From Octopus sinensis (lineage: Eukaryota), in contig NC_043011.1 in assembly GCF_006345805.1 (NCBI RefSeq), positions 16,504,464 to 16,568,463 on the forward strand: a stretch of 64,000 nt of DNA. The letters run 5' to 3'. Every line of letters begins with the position of its first letter. Within the stretch, counting starts at the first letter, position 1. Of the stretch, positions 1 through 13,448 are shown in pieces. The notes below the pieces were generated by a model. It searched no databases, was not told where the DNA came from, and saw only the letters and a list, made by a program, of their open reading frames with translations. The position numbers were made by a program, and so were the translations under genes.

Positions 1-480
1 AATTAAGTCACAAATAAAAGATACAAGAAGAAAAGAGAACAGTTAAAAAAAACACAGCAAAAAATCTTTCGGCCACTCGGTACTCCAAGCCTATTTGGTA
101 CTCCTATTTGACTCTGGAACGCCACAAGTTGCAACACAGCTTTCACCAAAATTGGTCAAAGTTGTTGTATCTTCGTTGAACTCTCACAAAAAAAAAATAC
201 TATTCGCTAAAAGCGAACAAATTTTTGAAGCTGAATATGCATCAACAATTCTCACAATTAAGTGAGAAAAAAACTATTCTCTTAAAGTGAACAAAATTTT
301 TGGAAGCAAGTTACGCCCCCAAACAATAATTCTCACAATTAAGTGAGAAAAACTATTCACTCAACTACCTGGCAGACCAGAATCCAGAATCCAGTGAGGA
401 CTTCTCTCTTTTTGTAAAAAAAAAAATAGTATTACGGCAAATAACAAAACTCCACTGTAAAAAAAACACGAAAGTCTTAC

Positions 481-510
481 CAACACTGACAATGAAACGC
501 ATGCGCAGTG
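481..510 (-). promoter_or_regulatory. Possible promoter and short first (5'UTR) exon of a minus-strand gene
   Basis: NRF1-like CGCATGCGCA at about 498-507 lies just upstream of a strong minus-strand donor GTTG|GTAAGA at 481/480. Motif inference only. Confidence 0.3.
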
Positions 511-598
511 GGAAGCAAGATTCTTACCACAGAGCCACGCCAGCGCCTTCAAATATTAAAATTTTTTTCGAAAATACTTTTAGCACACACACGCCAAC

Positions 599-659
<61 letters not shown>

Positions 660-794
660 ACAAGTAGAAAGATACTTTTTTTAAAGCGTAAATAGTGTAC
701 AGTATACAAACGAAGAATAAAATCCTTCATAAAAGCAGAAAAATTTGCCGGGCAGCCAGGACGTAACACACACACATCACACACATACACATAC

Positions 795-846
<52 letters not shown>

Positions 847-939
847 TGATAGAAATGGTAAGAAAACAAAATGATGAAAGGGACCTCGATATTATATAAA
901 TAGAGGAATTTATCTCTAAATGTAATATTGACAACTATT

Positions 940-1000
940 CGGTAGATGGCGTGGTTTCCGCCCCGACATCCGACACTCAGAGTTTTATCATGGCTACCGG
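940..1000 (+). promoter_or_regulatory. Possible core promoter (YY1-like AGATGGCG and GC box CCGCCC)
   Basis: Locally GC/CpG-rich patch in very AT-rich DNA with YY1-like and Sp1-like words. Confidence 0.25.
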
Positions 1001-1024
1001 ATAATTGTCACATATTGCATTTAC

Positions 1025-1068
<44 letters not shown>

Positions 1069-1093
1069 ACGCCCAGGAAAGGAAAGAAAGGCT

Positions 1094-1128
1094 GTTTCAT
1101 GTTTCGAGCAAAGTTCTTCTTCAGAAAC
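1094..1128 (-). ncRNA. Decayed PLE-type minimal hammerhead motif in a repeat remnant
   Basis: Minus strand reads GUUU-CUGAAGA-A-GAAC/GCUC-GAAAC-AUG-AAAC. Core and stem I are intact, but the triplet ends in G, so it should be non-cleaving. A related remnant lies at about 39180-39260. Confidence 0.5.
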
Positions 1129-1986
1129 GGGAAAGTTCAAAGGAAAAGGAAGACGGAAGAAAAAATATGGACCAAACCACATGTAGTTACATTTTAAAAT
1201 TCTCGGAAGTAGATGGACAAAGAGAAAGTGCTTTCTGAGGCTGGAGAATGTAAAGAAAGGTTTATGTCTCTGTATGTGAGGGTCTGTGCGTGTGTATGTG
1301 TGTGTGCGCGCGCGCGCGTGTGTGTGATTGCGTGTGTGTGTATAGGGTAGCGTGTGTGTGTGGCAGTAACTGTGTATGGTAACTATGTGTGTGTGTGTGT
1401 GCGTGTGTGGTGTGTGTAGTATCAACTATCTATATGTGTATATGTGAGTAATCTTTGTGTTTGTTACTGTCGTAGTAACAGGTGTCGTTGTTTTTGTGTA
1501 GTTGTGTTTTTTCACATGTGCGTAGGTGGGGTAGTCAGCAGTAGGTTGCTTGAGAGGCAGTCTGCATGGTATGTAATTGGAGGGGTGGATGTGAGTGTGT
1601 GTATGTGTGTGTGTTGATAGGTCTACGTAGACCGAGTGGGAATGTGTGTATGAGTGTGTGCGTATGAACATGTATATGGGTGCGTGTGTGTTCCACCCCC
1701 CAGAGAGAGAGAGAAAGAGAGAGAGATAATGCATATTTGCTCAAGGATATATCTGAGTGTTTGTGTATTTGTATGCGGTCCATCGATTATATCAGATTAT
1801 TTGGGAATTAACACGGATCTTTAACGGAGTCTCAGGTTGTACAGGTAAAAGGACGGATGAAATCTACTTCTCAGACATTCTGCGATGTTATTTTAACTCT
1901 TAGATACACTAACTGGAGAAGTTTATGTTGCAGTCCGACGATTAAGACATTCTCGTAATCTTATGTTTTGAAATTATAAATATATA

Positions 1987-2150
1987 GGCGTAGGCGTGGC
2001 TGTGTGGTAAGAAGCTTGCTTCTTAGCCACATAGTACCCAGTTCAGTCCAATTGCGTGGCATCTTGGGCAAGTGTCATCTACTACAGCCTGAAACCGACT
2101 AAAAACATATGAGTGAATTTCGTAGAGGGAAACTTAAAGAAGCCCGTCGT
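1987..2150 (+). mobile_element. tRNA-derived SINE family B (CORE-like, octopus OR-type), 5' part
   Basis: Head TGGCTGTGTGGTAAG...GTTCAGTCC and CTTGGGCAAGTGTC core, shared with the copies at 50708, 53661, 57163 and 61825. Confidence 0.85.
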
Positions 2151-2176
2151 GTATGTTCGTGTGCATGTATGTGTGT

Positions 2177-2680
2177 GGAGGCACATGGCCTAGTGGTTAG
2201 AGCAGCGGACTCGCGGTCGAGGGATCGCGGGTTCGAATCTCAGACCGGGCGATGTGTGTGTTTATGAGCGAAAACACCTAAGCTCCACGCTGTTCCGGCA
2301 GAAGGTAATGGTGAACTTCTGCTCACTCTTTCGCCACAACTTTCTCTCACCCTTTCCTCCTGCATCTTGCAGCTCCCCTGCGACGGACCGGCGTCCCGTC
2401 CAGGTGGGGAACCTGTATGCCAAGAAATCGGGAAACCGGCCCTTATGCGCCAGGCGTGGCTCGGGAAGGAACAAACAACGTGTATGTGTGTGTCCTGTGT
2501 CTGTGTTTGTCGTTCACCATCACTTGACAACCGTTGTTGGTGTGTTTACGTCCCTGTAACTTAGCTCTCCTGCAAATGAGGTCGATACAATTAGTACAAG
2601 ATTTAAAAAAGAAAGTATTGGGGCCAATTTATCCAAGATGGTGCCCTAGTATGGCCGCAGTCAAAAGACTAAAAGAAGTT
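2177..2680 (+). mobile_element. tRNA-derived SINE family C head and body followed by a family-B-type tail
   Basis: A box TGGCCTAGTGG and B box GGTTCGAATCT. Homologous to 15844 and 54441-54822. The 3' part matches the family B tail. Confidence 0.8.
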
Positions 2681-3264
2681 AAAGATAAATGCTAAAAGGT
2701 ATATATATATAAATAATAAAAACTATATGTTCCTGATTTTATCCCCAAATTCAATAGTTTGTCATTATGCGATATATTCTTACCTCAGATAAATATACCG
2801 CTGCACCAATTCAGCGTTATCTTCAAATTTTGACGTAATAGTCATAGGATACCATAAATCAAAATCTTAGTAAATGGTATGACCTTATCGGAAATATAAA
2901 TTTTGTGATACAGAGCTACAAAGTTACGTACCCAAAAACATATATCGTTTACATATCTTAGCATCTAAATAGGAAAGGATGACTTTGATTTATTTCTTTT
3001 CAATGTCAGTATTGAACGAAATAGGTATTAAAACGATAATTTGAGTTTAATACCGGAACTACGTATTGAACGCCTGTATTTCATAAGCACTTTATTGACT
3101 TCTAATATTTACCTAGTGTAAACTACTTAAGATATAATGTTGGCTGTCTGAAGAATTTTCCATAAACAAAAACATTTACATGTTTTTCGTTTTTTTTTAC
3201 TTTTCTATGACACAAAATGTTTCTATAGAACTTTGTGTTAAGTTATTATTTGATATTATATACG

Positions 3265-3710
3265 GGGGGAGCTGGCAGAATTATTAAGACGCTGGACGAA
3301 ATGCTTAGTAGTATTTCGCCCGTCTTTATGTTCTAAGTTCACATTCCGCCGCGGTCGACTTTGCGACTTTGCCTTTCATCCTTTTGGGGTCGATAAATTA
3401 AGTACCAGTTGCGTACTTGGGTCGATGTAATCGGCTAGACCCCTTCCTACAAATTCGAAGCCTTGTGCATTCAGTAGAAAGGTCATTATTTGTGCTTACC
3501 AAGGCGGTGAGATAGCAGATTCGTTAGCATGCCGAGCAAAATACATATGGGAATTTGTCCGTCTTTACATTCTGAATTCAAATTTCACAGGGTTTGACTT
3601 TTCCCCTTCATCCTTTCGCGGTCGATAATATAAGTAGCAGTTGAGCATTAGGGTGTTGATGTAATCCAGTTAATTTCGGGCGTTGTGCCACAATTTAAAA
3701 CCAATATCAA
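3265..3710 (+). mobile_element. Two adjacent diverged SINE family A copies (Meta-domain-like core)
   Basis: Each has the GGGGAGCTGGCAGAA-type head and GCCTTTCATCCTTT.GGGGTCGATAAAT.AAGTACCAG core. Confidence 0.8.
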
Positions 3711-3994
3711 TAAGTGGAATTTCAGGAGAAAAAATAACGGAATTGGTTCTTATCTCAAACAGATATTCAAACGAACGATATCCGATTCATGTCTCAACTA
3801 ATTTAAAATAGTCTTGGAGTAGATTGTGTAAATTAAAAATAAAATTTATTTGATGGAGTTGCATGATCTTTTGCATAAAGAACCACTTCTACTCTAGCTT
3901 CATATCTTTGAGGTAGTGCATATACTGTAAAGAATTGGTGTAGTTCTGTAGGACATTTCCTAAATACTGTAATTCAAGCATCTTTATCCAACAG

Positions 3995-4040
3995 GTTTCA
4001 ATATTGCCTACGTGAGGACAGGACTTCACTCTGTTCCTTA
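3995..4040 (+). CDS. Candidate 46-nt exon, product unknown (FQYCLREDRTSLCSL or GFNIAYVRTGLHSVP)
   Basis: Acceptor tctttatccaacag| and donor |GTAAGT, with two open frames. No homology recognised. Confidence 0.3.
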
Positions 4041-4745
4041 GTAAGTGTTACATCACGAAGTAAATCATTGAGTTCAGGTTGGGTGATGACGTGTGGATTT
4101 TTTTTGTGTTAAATTTACCACGAATTTAGACCCATAAACATATTGAGTGTACTTTTATAATTTTCGTACGTTAGGTTGACAAATAACTTAGGAACACCCT
4201 ATTAAACTTATGTCAAAACCCGTTCGTAACTTTTAGAGTTGTCAGTTTCGGCCCAATCCTGTTTGCACTCAAATCCTACGGAAACATCAGCGTATTTAAC
4301 GTAAGATGGTAATATATGAGACACTCGAGGGTCACAGAAGGAAATGAGCATTATATGTGTGATCTACACCAAAAATATCCTAGAAAAGGTTATTCTCATT
4401 TCTGTTTTTCTTTTCTTTGCTATACAATGTTTTTGGGTTGATAAAGCTTTTTCTTTATTTAAATTATCTCTATTTCTTATTTTATTTTTTTTTTGTTTCA
4501 TTCATTTTACTGCCGCCATACTGGGTCACTGCACTAAAGGGTGTCGAAAAAAATCGACCTCAGTACTTATTATTCAGTGTGCTAATTATTATATCGATCT
4601 ATCTTCTGAACCGTTAAGTTATGAACACACAAACAAACCAACAACAGTTGTTAATGGAGTGGGGAAGAAAAACAACACAAAAACGCTCATAGAGACATGC
4701 ACATGCACACATACACATACAAACACACATATATACATACATATA

Positions 4746-4792
<47 letters not shown>

Positions 4793-4800
4793 TATATTAT

Positions 4801-4839
<39 letters not shown>

Positions 4840-4875
4840 TAGATATATACATATATATATGTATATAATGCATAC

Positions 4876-4937
<62 letters not shown>

Positions 4938-4972
4938 ATATATTACACACACACACATACACACACACGCAT

Positions 4973-5008
<36 letters not shown>

Positions 5009-5269
5009 CACACGACGAGCTTCATTTAGCCTCTCTCTACTACACACTCAAGGCTAGAACTGTGAAATCTTGCGTGCATTAATTCGACTTTTCCTATAAA
5101 TAACTGCATTATTACTTTTCGTGTTAAACAATATCTGACTGTTGAAAGAACATTTCAAATATAACTAGTAGTGATTTAAAAAACACAAAAAAACAAATTT
5201 GGCAACGTGTTTTTATCAAGAACATACAGAAAACGGATTTAGCCACAAACGAATTACTCCTCACATAAT

Positions 5270-5650
5270 TGGTTCATTAGGGGAGGACGCTCCGGCTTTA
5301 TCAGCAGTGCAAAAGTGAGCAACTGAATTTTGGAGGGGAAGGAGAGCCCTGCAACCGCCACCGCTAAGGAAAACATTGACCTTGTTCTCCACATAGTGAT
5401 CGATGATAGACGATTGACTATAAATCAAATAGTCAATGCTATTACCATATACTCTGAGACAGTTGAAGTTATCCTGTACAATGAACTTAGCATTCAGTGG
5501 GTGCCACATCTTCTGAAACCTGAGCAAAAGCGCACCAAGCAGATTACATCATGAGAAAATTTGACATTGCTTGAGGCAGATCTAGCTGATTTCGTTGAAA
5601 GTTCCCTAAACTAGGATGAGTGTTGTGTTAATCACATTGACCCGGACTCA
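5270..5650 (+). pseudogene. Decayed mariner (DD34D) transposase fragment
   Basis: Translates to LGEDAPALSAVQK*ATEF..PATAT.KENIDLV...DDRRLTINQI...WVPHLL.PEQKR...*ENL...DEC, matching the mariner HTH, WVP linker and first catalytic D region, with stops and deletions. Confidence 0.85.
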
Positions 5651-6204
5651 AAATAAAATGTGCATCAATAAACTGTGTCAGATGAGTGGCCTATACGGTT
5701 AAACATTTTATAGGTGCGAAGCCAATGGTCACTCTCTAACCGGCCATAACAAGGAATCTAATATACATTGTTATGGGAAGAGCCATAGACTTCCATGCAC
5801 AAGGTACCTATTTGATTTCTCGGTGGTAATGCATTTTCTTATTCATATGTATATGCATATATTTATATATATATATACATATATACATATATATATCTAT
5901 ATATATATATATGTTTGTATGTATGTATGTATGTTTAAGCGTCATTCATTTCCCAAATAATTTGCACGTCATATTTGATCCAGCCTCCGAATGATGTTTT
6001 GAAGTTTATATGATAAGCGTTTATTCATTTGTTAACTGGTTTACTTGTGTGTGTATATAAATATATTGGGTCATCCTATAAATAATGCTGCTTTTCAAAG
6101 CTATAATGGAAGTGTCAAAGGAGCATATTCAGCATATTTTGTTTTATGAGTTCAATAAAGGCAACAACACAATGGAAAGTGCGAGGAATATTAATGCAGA
6201 TCGA

Positions 6205-6306
6205 GAGAATATATATATATATATATAATATATATTATATATATATATATATTATATATAGTATATATATATATTATATTATATAATATATATATTTATA
6301 TATATA

Positions 6307-6354
<48 letters not shown>

Positions 6355-6356
6355 AT

Positions 6357-6406
<50 letters not shown>

Positions 6407-6462
6407 ATATAGTTATTTATTATATATATTTATATATTTATATATATATATATTTATAATAT

Positions 6463-6508
<46 letters not shown>
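6205..6508. repeat. Long imperfect (TA)n microsatellite
   Basis: Seen directly. Confidence 0.95.
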
Positions 6509-6510
6509 AA

Positions 6511-6738
6511 GGTGGCGAGCTGGCAGAAACGTTAGCACGCCGGGCGAAATGCTTAGCAGTATTTCGTCTGTCACTACATTCTGAGTTCAAATTCCGCCGA
6601 GGTCGATTTTGCCTTTCATTCTTTCGGGGTCGATAAATAAAGTACCAGTTACGCACTGGGGTCGATATAATCTACTTAATCCTTTTTTCTGTCCTTGTTT
6701 GTCCCCTCTATGTTTAGCCCCTTGTAGGCAATAAAGAA
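6511..6738 (+). mobile_element. Full-length SINE family A
   Basis: Head GGTGGCGAGCTGGCAGAAACG, core CCTTTCAT..GGGGTCGATAA and tail TTTAGCCCCTTGTAGGCAATAAAG. Confidence 0.9.
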
Positions 6739-8436
6739 AAAAATATATATATGTGTGTGTGTGTGTGCATGTAATACGGGCTTCTTCGCGCTGTTTAGGA
6801 CTAATAATATCACTGCTGGAGTAATGTTTACCCCAATCGTAATTCATTGTGACACTTGCACACGGTGTTGTGATTTGAGTTGAAATAGGGACCTAGGATA
6901 TTGCGAGTCGAAAGTTATAAACACTCAGCCCTAACTGATGTTATAAGGAAGTTTGCAATGTAAGATTTTGCAAATTTGCATAAAATTCGAGTAAATACTA
7001 AGTGTTAGTGCTTGTCCTAAGTTTATCAACAAAGCTAAGAAAAACATGCGCTGTTTCAACGGATATTAAAATATACAAGGTTCAATTCTCTCTGAACACT
7101 TTCTGTGTACATAGACATACATGTTCTCTTATAACTCACAAATGAAAATAGTGTATATTAATGTGATCACAGAAAGTTTGTAACTAAAATAATGTTATAA
7201 ATATTTATTATTTAACATTCACTGAGCAGATTCCTTTGCCACAAGGAAGTTGTGCACGGCTGAAGATTTTATTTATTTCTTTTTCTTTTTTTCCGCACAC
7301 TGACTTTTATTCAACGGACAAAAACGGTCGGTGAAGCATTCAGACATACACCCTACAAAGAATCTCATTCATCCAATCCTCATTAATGAAAAACCAAAGC
7401 TAAACAAAAACAGTTAGTTTTAGTCGTCCACTTGTAGCAATGGAAGTGTTTGAGATGCGATTTTAAAATTTTATTGTCAGAGGTAATTTTCATATTTTTC
7501 TTCTCATTTTGATCGATTGTAATGTTTTCTGAAATTAGTAATACTTGTTTCACAGGAACTTTAGAATTATTTTATTAAAGCGATTAATTTCTTCGAGTTT
7601 CTCTTGAACTGAATCATTCTTCCAAAGTGAACACTTCACATTTCTCCTGAACTCTTCGTCTAATTAGCTATCCAATCTGAAACGTGTGCATCTTACTAAA
7701 TATCCTATTGCTTTTACAATAATCATTTTAAACCCCTTTATTCTCATTACCATTTTCCAACTTCTCAATGCTACCTAACAATTGAGAGACAAAACTGTCT
7801 ATTTGTATTCTTGTCATATCTAGCCATTTAGTTTCCCCAAGATGCTATTAAATTTTAAATACAGCCTTCAGCAATAGCTTCTAACACAATGCAATATCTT
7901 CTTTATATTCTGAAACGAAAAGTTTTACGCTGTTCTCAAATTTCACTTCTCTCTAAATCATTGTATTTACCAAAACATTTTCTGAATCTACTAAAAGTTT
8001 GTCGCATAAAACGTTACACGCATGCATATCAAGATTAAAGTACAATCTAAGACGCTTTGCTGCTTATATAAAATGGATCATTTATATAAAACGAATCAGT
8101 GAATTGTGAATAGGAATTATGTCTTTCACAATCTAAATGTGTGACATAAAACCTGTATATCTACTTAGAAAAATATCTATTCAAATTATGAAATGGCACA
8201 GAAAAGGGAATTGGCTTCAAATCCGTAATCATTTCTCAAGAATTAATATATATCTATATGTTGTGATGTGAGCAAGTCTTTTGTACAATTTTTCATTGAG
8301 ATATAAATGCATCTTTACATACACAAACGTACACTGGAAAATATTTATTTTTGTTCAGGTGGAGTGTGAACGTGTATTCTTTTGTTATCGGTTGAATGAA
8401 AAACTAGAACACGAACATCCTTCCTCAAGAAAAAAC

Positions 8437-8462
8437 ATAATAATGATGATAATAATAATAAT

Positions 8463-8500
<38 letters not shown>

Positions 8501-8541
8501 TTAATAATAATAATAATAATATAATAATAATAATAATAATA

Positions 8542-8581
<40 letters not shown>

Positions 8582-8621
8582 CAATAATAATAATTATTAT
8601 TATTATTATTATTATTTTTAT

Positions 8622-8663
<42 letters not shown>
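8437..8663. repeat. (AAT)n/(ATT)n microsatellite
   Basis: Seen directly; it explains the poly-I/N ORF. Confidence 0.95.
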
Positions 8664-9189
8664 CTAGTATTTGAAGAATATGTACATCGGAACATATATC
8701 AGAAATGTGTTTGATTTCAAATCGCAAATGAACGTAAACAGTCATTAAACTCGAGGTAACAACTACTTTACGAACCGAAATTTTCTCAACACGCTAATTT
8801 TAAAATACATAATATTCCGTATGAGGGAAAAAAATTGAAATAATGATTCTATAATCATATATTTCTGTGAATATGTGTGAGTGTATGAATATGAATGTGT
8901 GTGTGTGTGTCAAGATGTAGATACACTAGAAAAATATGAATACTTGCGATGTTATAGAAATCCAAGCGTGCATGTACACATTCAAGCTTTAAAACAATTC
9001 AATCATCTGATTCATATGCAAGAAATTATGGAGCTCAGTTTGTAAAGTTTGAGTATTCTTTAATACATTTTACCTGAATCGTTCTCATTTGTCAGTATCC
9101 TGTTTTTTTGGTTTCCTATCTTCCAACATTTATGTCGAATGTTTAAGTGTGTTCCACAAATTGTACTTAATAAATGATAAAAATAAAAT

Positions 9190-9330
9190 AGAAAGGCGTT
9201 AGCACACCGGACGAAACGCTTTGCGACTTTTCTGAGTTAAAATTCTGGTAGGGTCGTCTTTTCCTTTCATCCTTTCGGCCTTGATTAGATAAGTACCAGT
9301 TGGGTCGATTAAATCTGCTGGCCTTGTGAC
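9190..9330 (+). mobile_element. Diverged SINE family A fragment
   Basis: GTTAGCACACCGGACGAAACGCT...CCTTTCATCCTTTCGG...AAGTACCAG. Confidence 0.7.
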
Positions 9331-10156
9331 AAAATCTACAATCAATAAATGATAGAAGTATTGTATATTTTTGGAATTTGGCTACATCCATGACTAATGA
9401 AAGTCATTATGTGCTAGCAGAATCGTAATTATCGTTCCGAGAACGTATTAGCATGATGAAGATCATTTAGAGTTCAAATCAGCGGCAGAGATTTGTTGCA
9501 GAGCGGGGAAACCTACATACTATGGATTCTGCATATCCATCCAATCCAAAATATAGTGAGATACTTGCCTGGGATATCCTATTTATATTTCAAAGGTTGC
9601 ATCCTATATTTATATTTCAATGGTTTGAGGCTACAAAAAAAAAATCTTACATGGTTTATCGGTTTTGTTTAGCTCGTGAACTGTTTTATGTTCGAATAAA
9701 ATTATGAGAATAGATTTTGCTTACTAAATATATTTAAAATAGAAAGAAGCTTTAAAATAAATAAACGTTTATGTTTTCTGATATATTATACTTCCTTATA
9801 TAAATGTCCATGTAAACATTCCTTAGATGTTTATGCGTCAGGCTTGGATATTGCACTTAATGAAAGTGATCCGTGATCTAGCATGTTACTTTCACGCCAA
9901 TATTTGTGCTCTGCATCACACCAACAACTGTTCTGTTTACCTTAATGCCATCAATTATGATGCAGATAAAGAAAATAGTCGAGATATTTGTAAAAGCCGT
10001 TTGCTTGCTCTTTCCTGTCGTTTAATGTACATTTTATGACTCTGTACTTACTAAATGCAAACGTTAGTGGGAAAATAAACGTTATTTTTATTATCAGAGT
10101 TTTGCAATTCCTATCACAACTCTGTATAGTGCTATAGTTACATAAACTGCATCAGC

Positions 10157-10555
10157 TTTCTTCTTCTTCTTCTTCTTCTTCTTCTTCTTCTTCTTCTTCT
10201 TCTTCTTCTTCTTCTTCTTCCGCTTCTTTTTCTACTTCTTCTTCTTCTTCTTTTCTTCTTCTTCTTCTTCTTCTTCTTCTTTTTCTTCTTCTTTCTCTTC
10301 TTCTTATTCTCCATCCACTTCTTTCTCTTCTTCTTCTTTTCTTCTTCTCTATCCACTTCTTTCTCTTCTTTCTCTTCTTCTTCTTTTTCTTCTCTATCTT
10401 TTTTCTCTATCTTCTTTCTTTCTCTTCTTCTTTCTCTTCCCTATGTCCTTCTCTATTTTCTTCCTATTCTTTCTCTTCTCTATGTTCTTCTTCTTCTCTA
10501 TCTCCTTCTCTATTTTCCTTCTCTTCTTTCTCTTCATCCTCTCTCTCTTCTCTTC
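10157..10555. repeat. (CTT)n and CT-rich low-complexity tract
   Basis: Seen directly; it explains the poly-K/R ORFs. Confidence 0.95.
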
Positions 10556-11124
10556 ATTAAAAAGCAATTCAGCCAAAACATTTATAACAACAACAATAGT
10601 ATTATTTTTGTTTTTCTAATTTTTGCCTAATCTCTATTGGATATATTGCATTTAAGCTGTCACACTTTTGTCATAGTTTCTTGTGGAAACAAGCTTTAGA
10701 AGAATGGCTATTGGTAGTATTAGTAGCTGCTGTTCGTTCATACACTCAACATGAATAAACGCAGAGATAAACAATAACAATGGCCTTATATGTATTTTAT
10801 CTCCAACTAATTTAAAGATTACTGGTGCTACTCCCAGATTTAAAATACTTAACTCACCGTGACGCATTTCGTCATACAAACACTAAGAAGCGCATACCTG
10901 TACATATATTTATATGCTTTTGTTGGGGGTGCTTAGTTGTATGTCTGATGTACTCAGACAGGCAAATGTTCAAAGATATTCTAAGATCATCACTTATTCT
11001 TGGAATTAGTTCATCTAGGACGACCTGCTACAATGTGATTTTTGTAAAACGTTATGATCTGATGTAATAGAATACTGGCTGCTATTTCAAGCTGGGCTAT
11101 TGCCCGTCTAGGTGTACCTCATTT

Positions 11125-11575
11125 GGATCTTTTCGGTTTGAACGGCAGTTTTTTAAAAATAATTTCCACGTAACTAAACACTTTTAAACTTCGTATACTG
11201 TTAGAATGTGTTTATAAAACATCTTTTTCTCTTGGCTTTATTGAGAAAATTCTATAGTTTGTAAGATATTTGTTGGCTTTTTTTTTCTTCAATTTCTGCA
11301 ATTTCAACCAATCAATGACGTCTATTGAGGTGAAAACATTCTGTGCCGTATGAAAATTCCCTCGTTTAAGAAACAGATTGGGTTTATTTACATTTCTGAA
11401 GAAAAAAAGATACCCATCCCCCACCCCTAACCTTAACTAACCCTAACTAGCCCTAACTCTAACCCCAACCCTAAAAGAGATTGAAATACAATAGATCGAT
11501 ACCAGGGTCATAATTATGGGTGACAATTTCATATGACACCGCTAGAAAAAACTGCCGTTCAAACCGAAAAGATCC
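11125..11575. mobile_element. MITE with perfect 30-bp TIRs, 8-bp TSD and internal telomere-like (CCCTAA)n
   Basis: TIR GGATCTTTTCGGTTTGAACGGCAGTTTTTT at both ends. TSD CCTCATTT at 11117-11124 and 11576-11583. Confidence 0.9.
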
Positions 11576-12508
11576 CCTCATTTGCTTGCCTATCTGAATA
11601 TGAAAGTATATGACGCGGGCGGAAACAGTGTAAGCCATGCGCCATAGAGGTGTTCATAGAATTACGGTTATACTCTGATGTGTGCGCCATTTCGAATAAC
11701 ATGGATTCATTGCAATAACAAACGTTTACTAAAGGTTGAGTATTTAGGTAATGAATGCTACGACATAGTTTTCAGTTTCGACTGGACGTTTTAATGAAGT
11801 ATGCTGATGAAAAATAAAAGTAGCTAATTAATTGTAGAGTAACATATTTAATCTGGTGAGTCCAAGATAATTTCGAATTAATTTAGATTACACTCTTAAT
11901 GATTACAACATCCGTTTGTGATAATAGCAATGCTTGACAAGAAAAGCAAATGCAAAAAATATAAAATGAAAAGATATTAAATGATATGATATGATGGGAA
12001 GAGAGTCAGACAGATTAATATCTTTCTAAACCCTATTTCAGAATTCAATCAGTGAAGATCATTTTTAATGCTTGCCATTCAAATTTAATTGACTAAGATT
12101 TATGTTGTGTCAATGGTGGAAGTTGCTTCCAGTGCACTATGTACAACACATACGTAATTACGGAGTCATAATAAGTGTAATAACATTTGAATGTGAATGC
12201 TGAAGCATATATCATACTCGCAGATAGGAGAAACTTATTTTTCTTTTTCTAGATTTAAAATCAAATACTTGCAGACCATGCAGATGCATGCTGCATTACA
12301 TCTTAGGCATGACTGTGTCTAGTTTTCAGGGAATCCTCTGCCTAGGTTTTAGAAAAACCTTGCCCATAACTCTATACTATATATAGTGTGTCCTTCTTAA
12401 GACGGCAACGTTTAATTTGATGGAAAATTGGTTAATAAATCTAACAGGTCGGGTGACAATGTAGAGTTATATTCTCTACGCCGTAAGTAGTGATATCTAT
12501 ATATATAT

Positions 12509-12730
12509 ATTTCTTTACTGCCCACAAGGGGCTAAACATAGAGGGGAGAAACAAGGACAGACAACGGGATTACATCGACCCCAGTGCGAAACTGATACTT
12601 TATTTATCGACCCCGAAAGGATGAAAAGTATAGTCGACCACAGAGAAATTTGAACATAGAACGTAACGACAGACGAAATACCGCTAAGAATTTCGCCCGG
12701 CGCGCTAACGTTTCTGCCAGCTCACCGCCT
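12509..12730 (-). mobile_element. Full-length SINE family A
   Basis: Reverse complement of the 6511 copy. Confidence 0.9.
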
Positions 12731-13448
12731 TCTATATATATAGTGTGAACATTTAGCGCTTTTGTAGATGGGTGTATGTATGTGTATGTATATAGTGCTT
12801 TTATATGTGTATATGTGTGTGCGTATGTGTTTGGAAATGTCATAAGCGACGTGCTTACTTATTCATTTAATCCATAGATGGTTTTCACTTATGGAAAAAT
12901 TACACAAGACTTTACTACGCTGAATATTAGCGTAAACCGGTTCCTGGTAAATTAGATATGACCTTTTCTTCTTTCTTTTTCTACTTGTGTTATATATGTT
13001 AAACTTAGAGTATGAATACATACACCAATACACTTTCAGATAAGCTATACTATGGAAACATTTATTATGTGAAAACATATTTTCATATTTTTTTATTTTC
13101 ATATTTATAATTACATAGCATAAAACTATTTTCTCGTGTTAAAAATTAAACTTGTGTTAATTAAACAAAAGATGTATATTTATAAAAAAATTTAAGGTGT
13201 TTTCAACCTTATTCAGTATTTTTCACACACACACACAAATACATACATAAATCCATACATTCATATATACTGCAGCATACATATGCGTAAATAAACGTGC
13301 ATATAGTATATAGCCAAATCGTCAGCATGTTAATGATTTTGATATGACTTTAAATGTCATTAACTTCGTTTAAAATGAATAAAATTAAAATATTTCGTTT
13401 TTGGATTTGGTTTGCAAGATTCTTTATATGAGTTCGTGTGTTGAAGCA

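Noticed and set aside
197-360. About 85-bp tandem duplication
   Set aside because: Ordinary local duplication with no spacer structure; not a CRISPR array.
1213-1260. Possible first coding exon MDKEKVLSEAGECKER, phase-compatible with 3995-4040 and 17465
   Set aside because: Weak donor (GTTTAT), it lies next to or inside a repeat remnant, and the joined peptide resembles nothing I recognise.
7560-7990. Protein-like minus-strand stretches (DEEFRRNVKCSLWK...)
   Set aside because: Broken by stops, with no identifiable family.
9562-9573. ATACTTGCCTGG resembling the U1 snRNA 5' end
   Set aside because: Only 12 nt with a mismatch; no downstream U1 stems or Sm site.
10652-10879. Hydrophobic ORF with an MFS motif-A-like GDKIHIRPLLL
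   Set aside because: The match is poor, and the frame starts across a likely donor site with no supporting acceptor.
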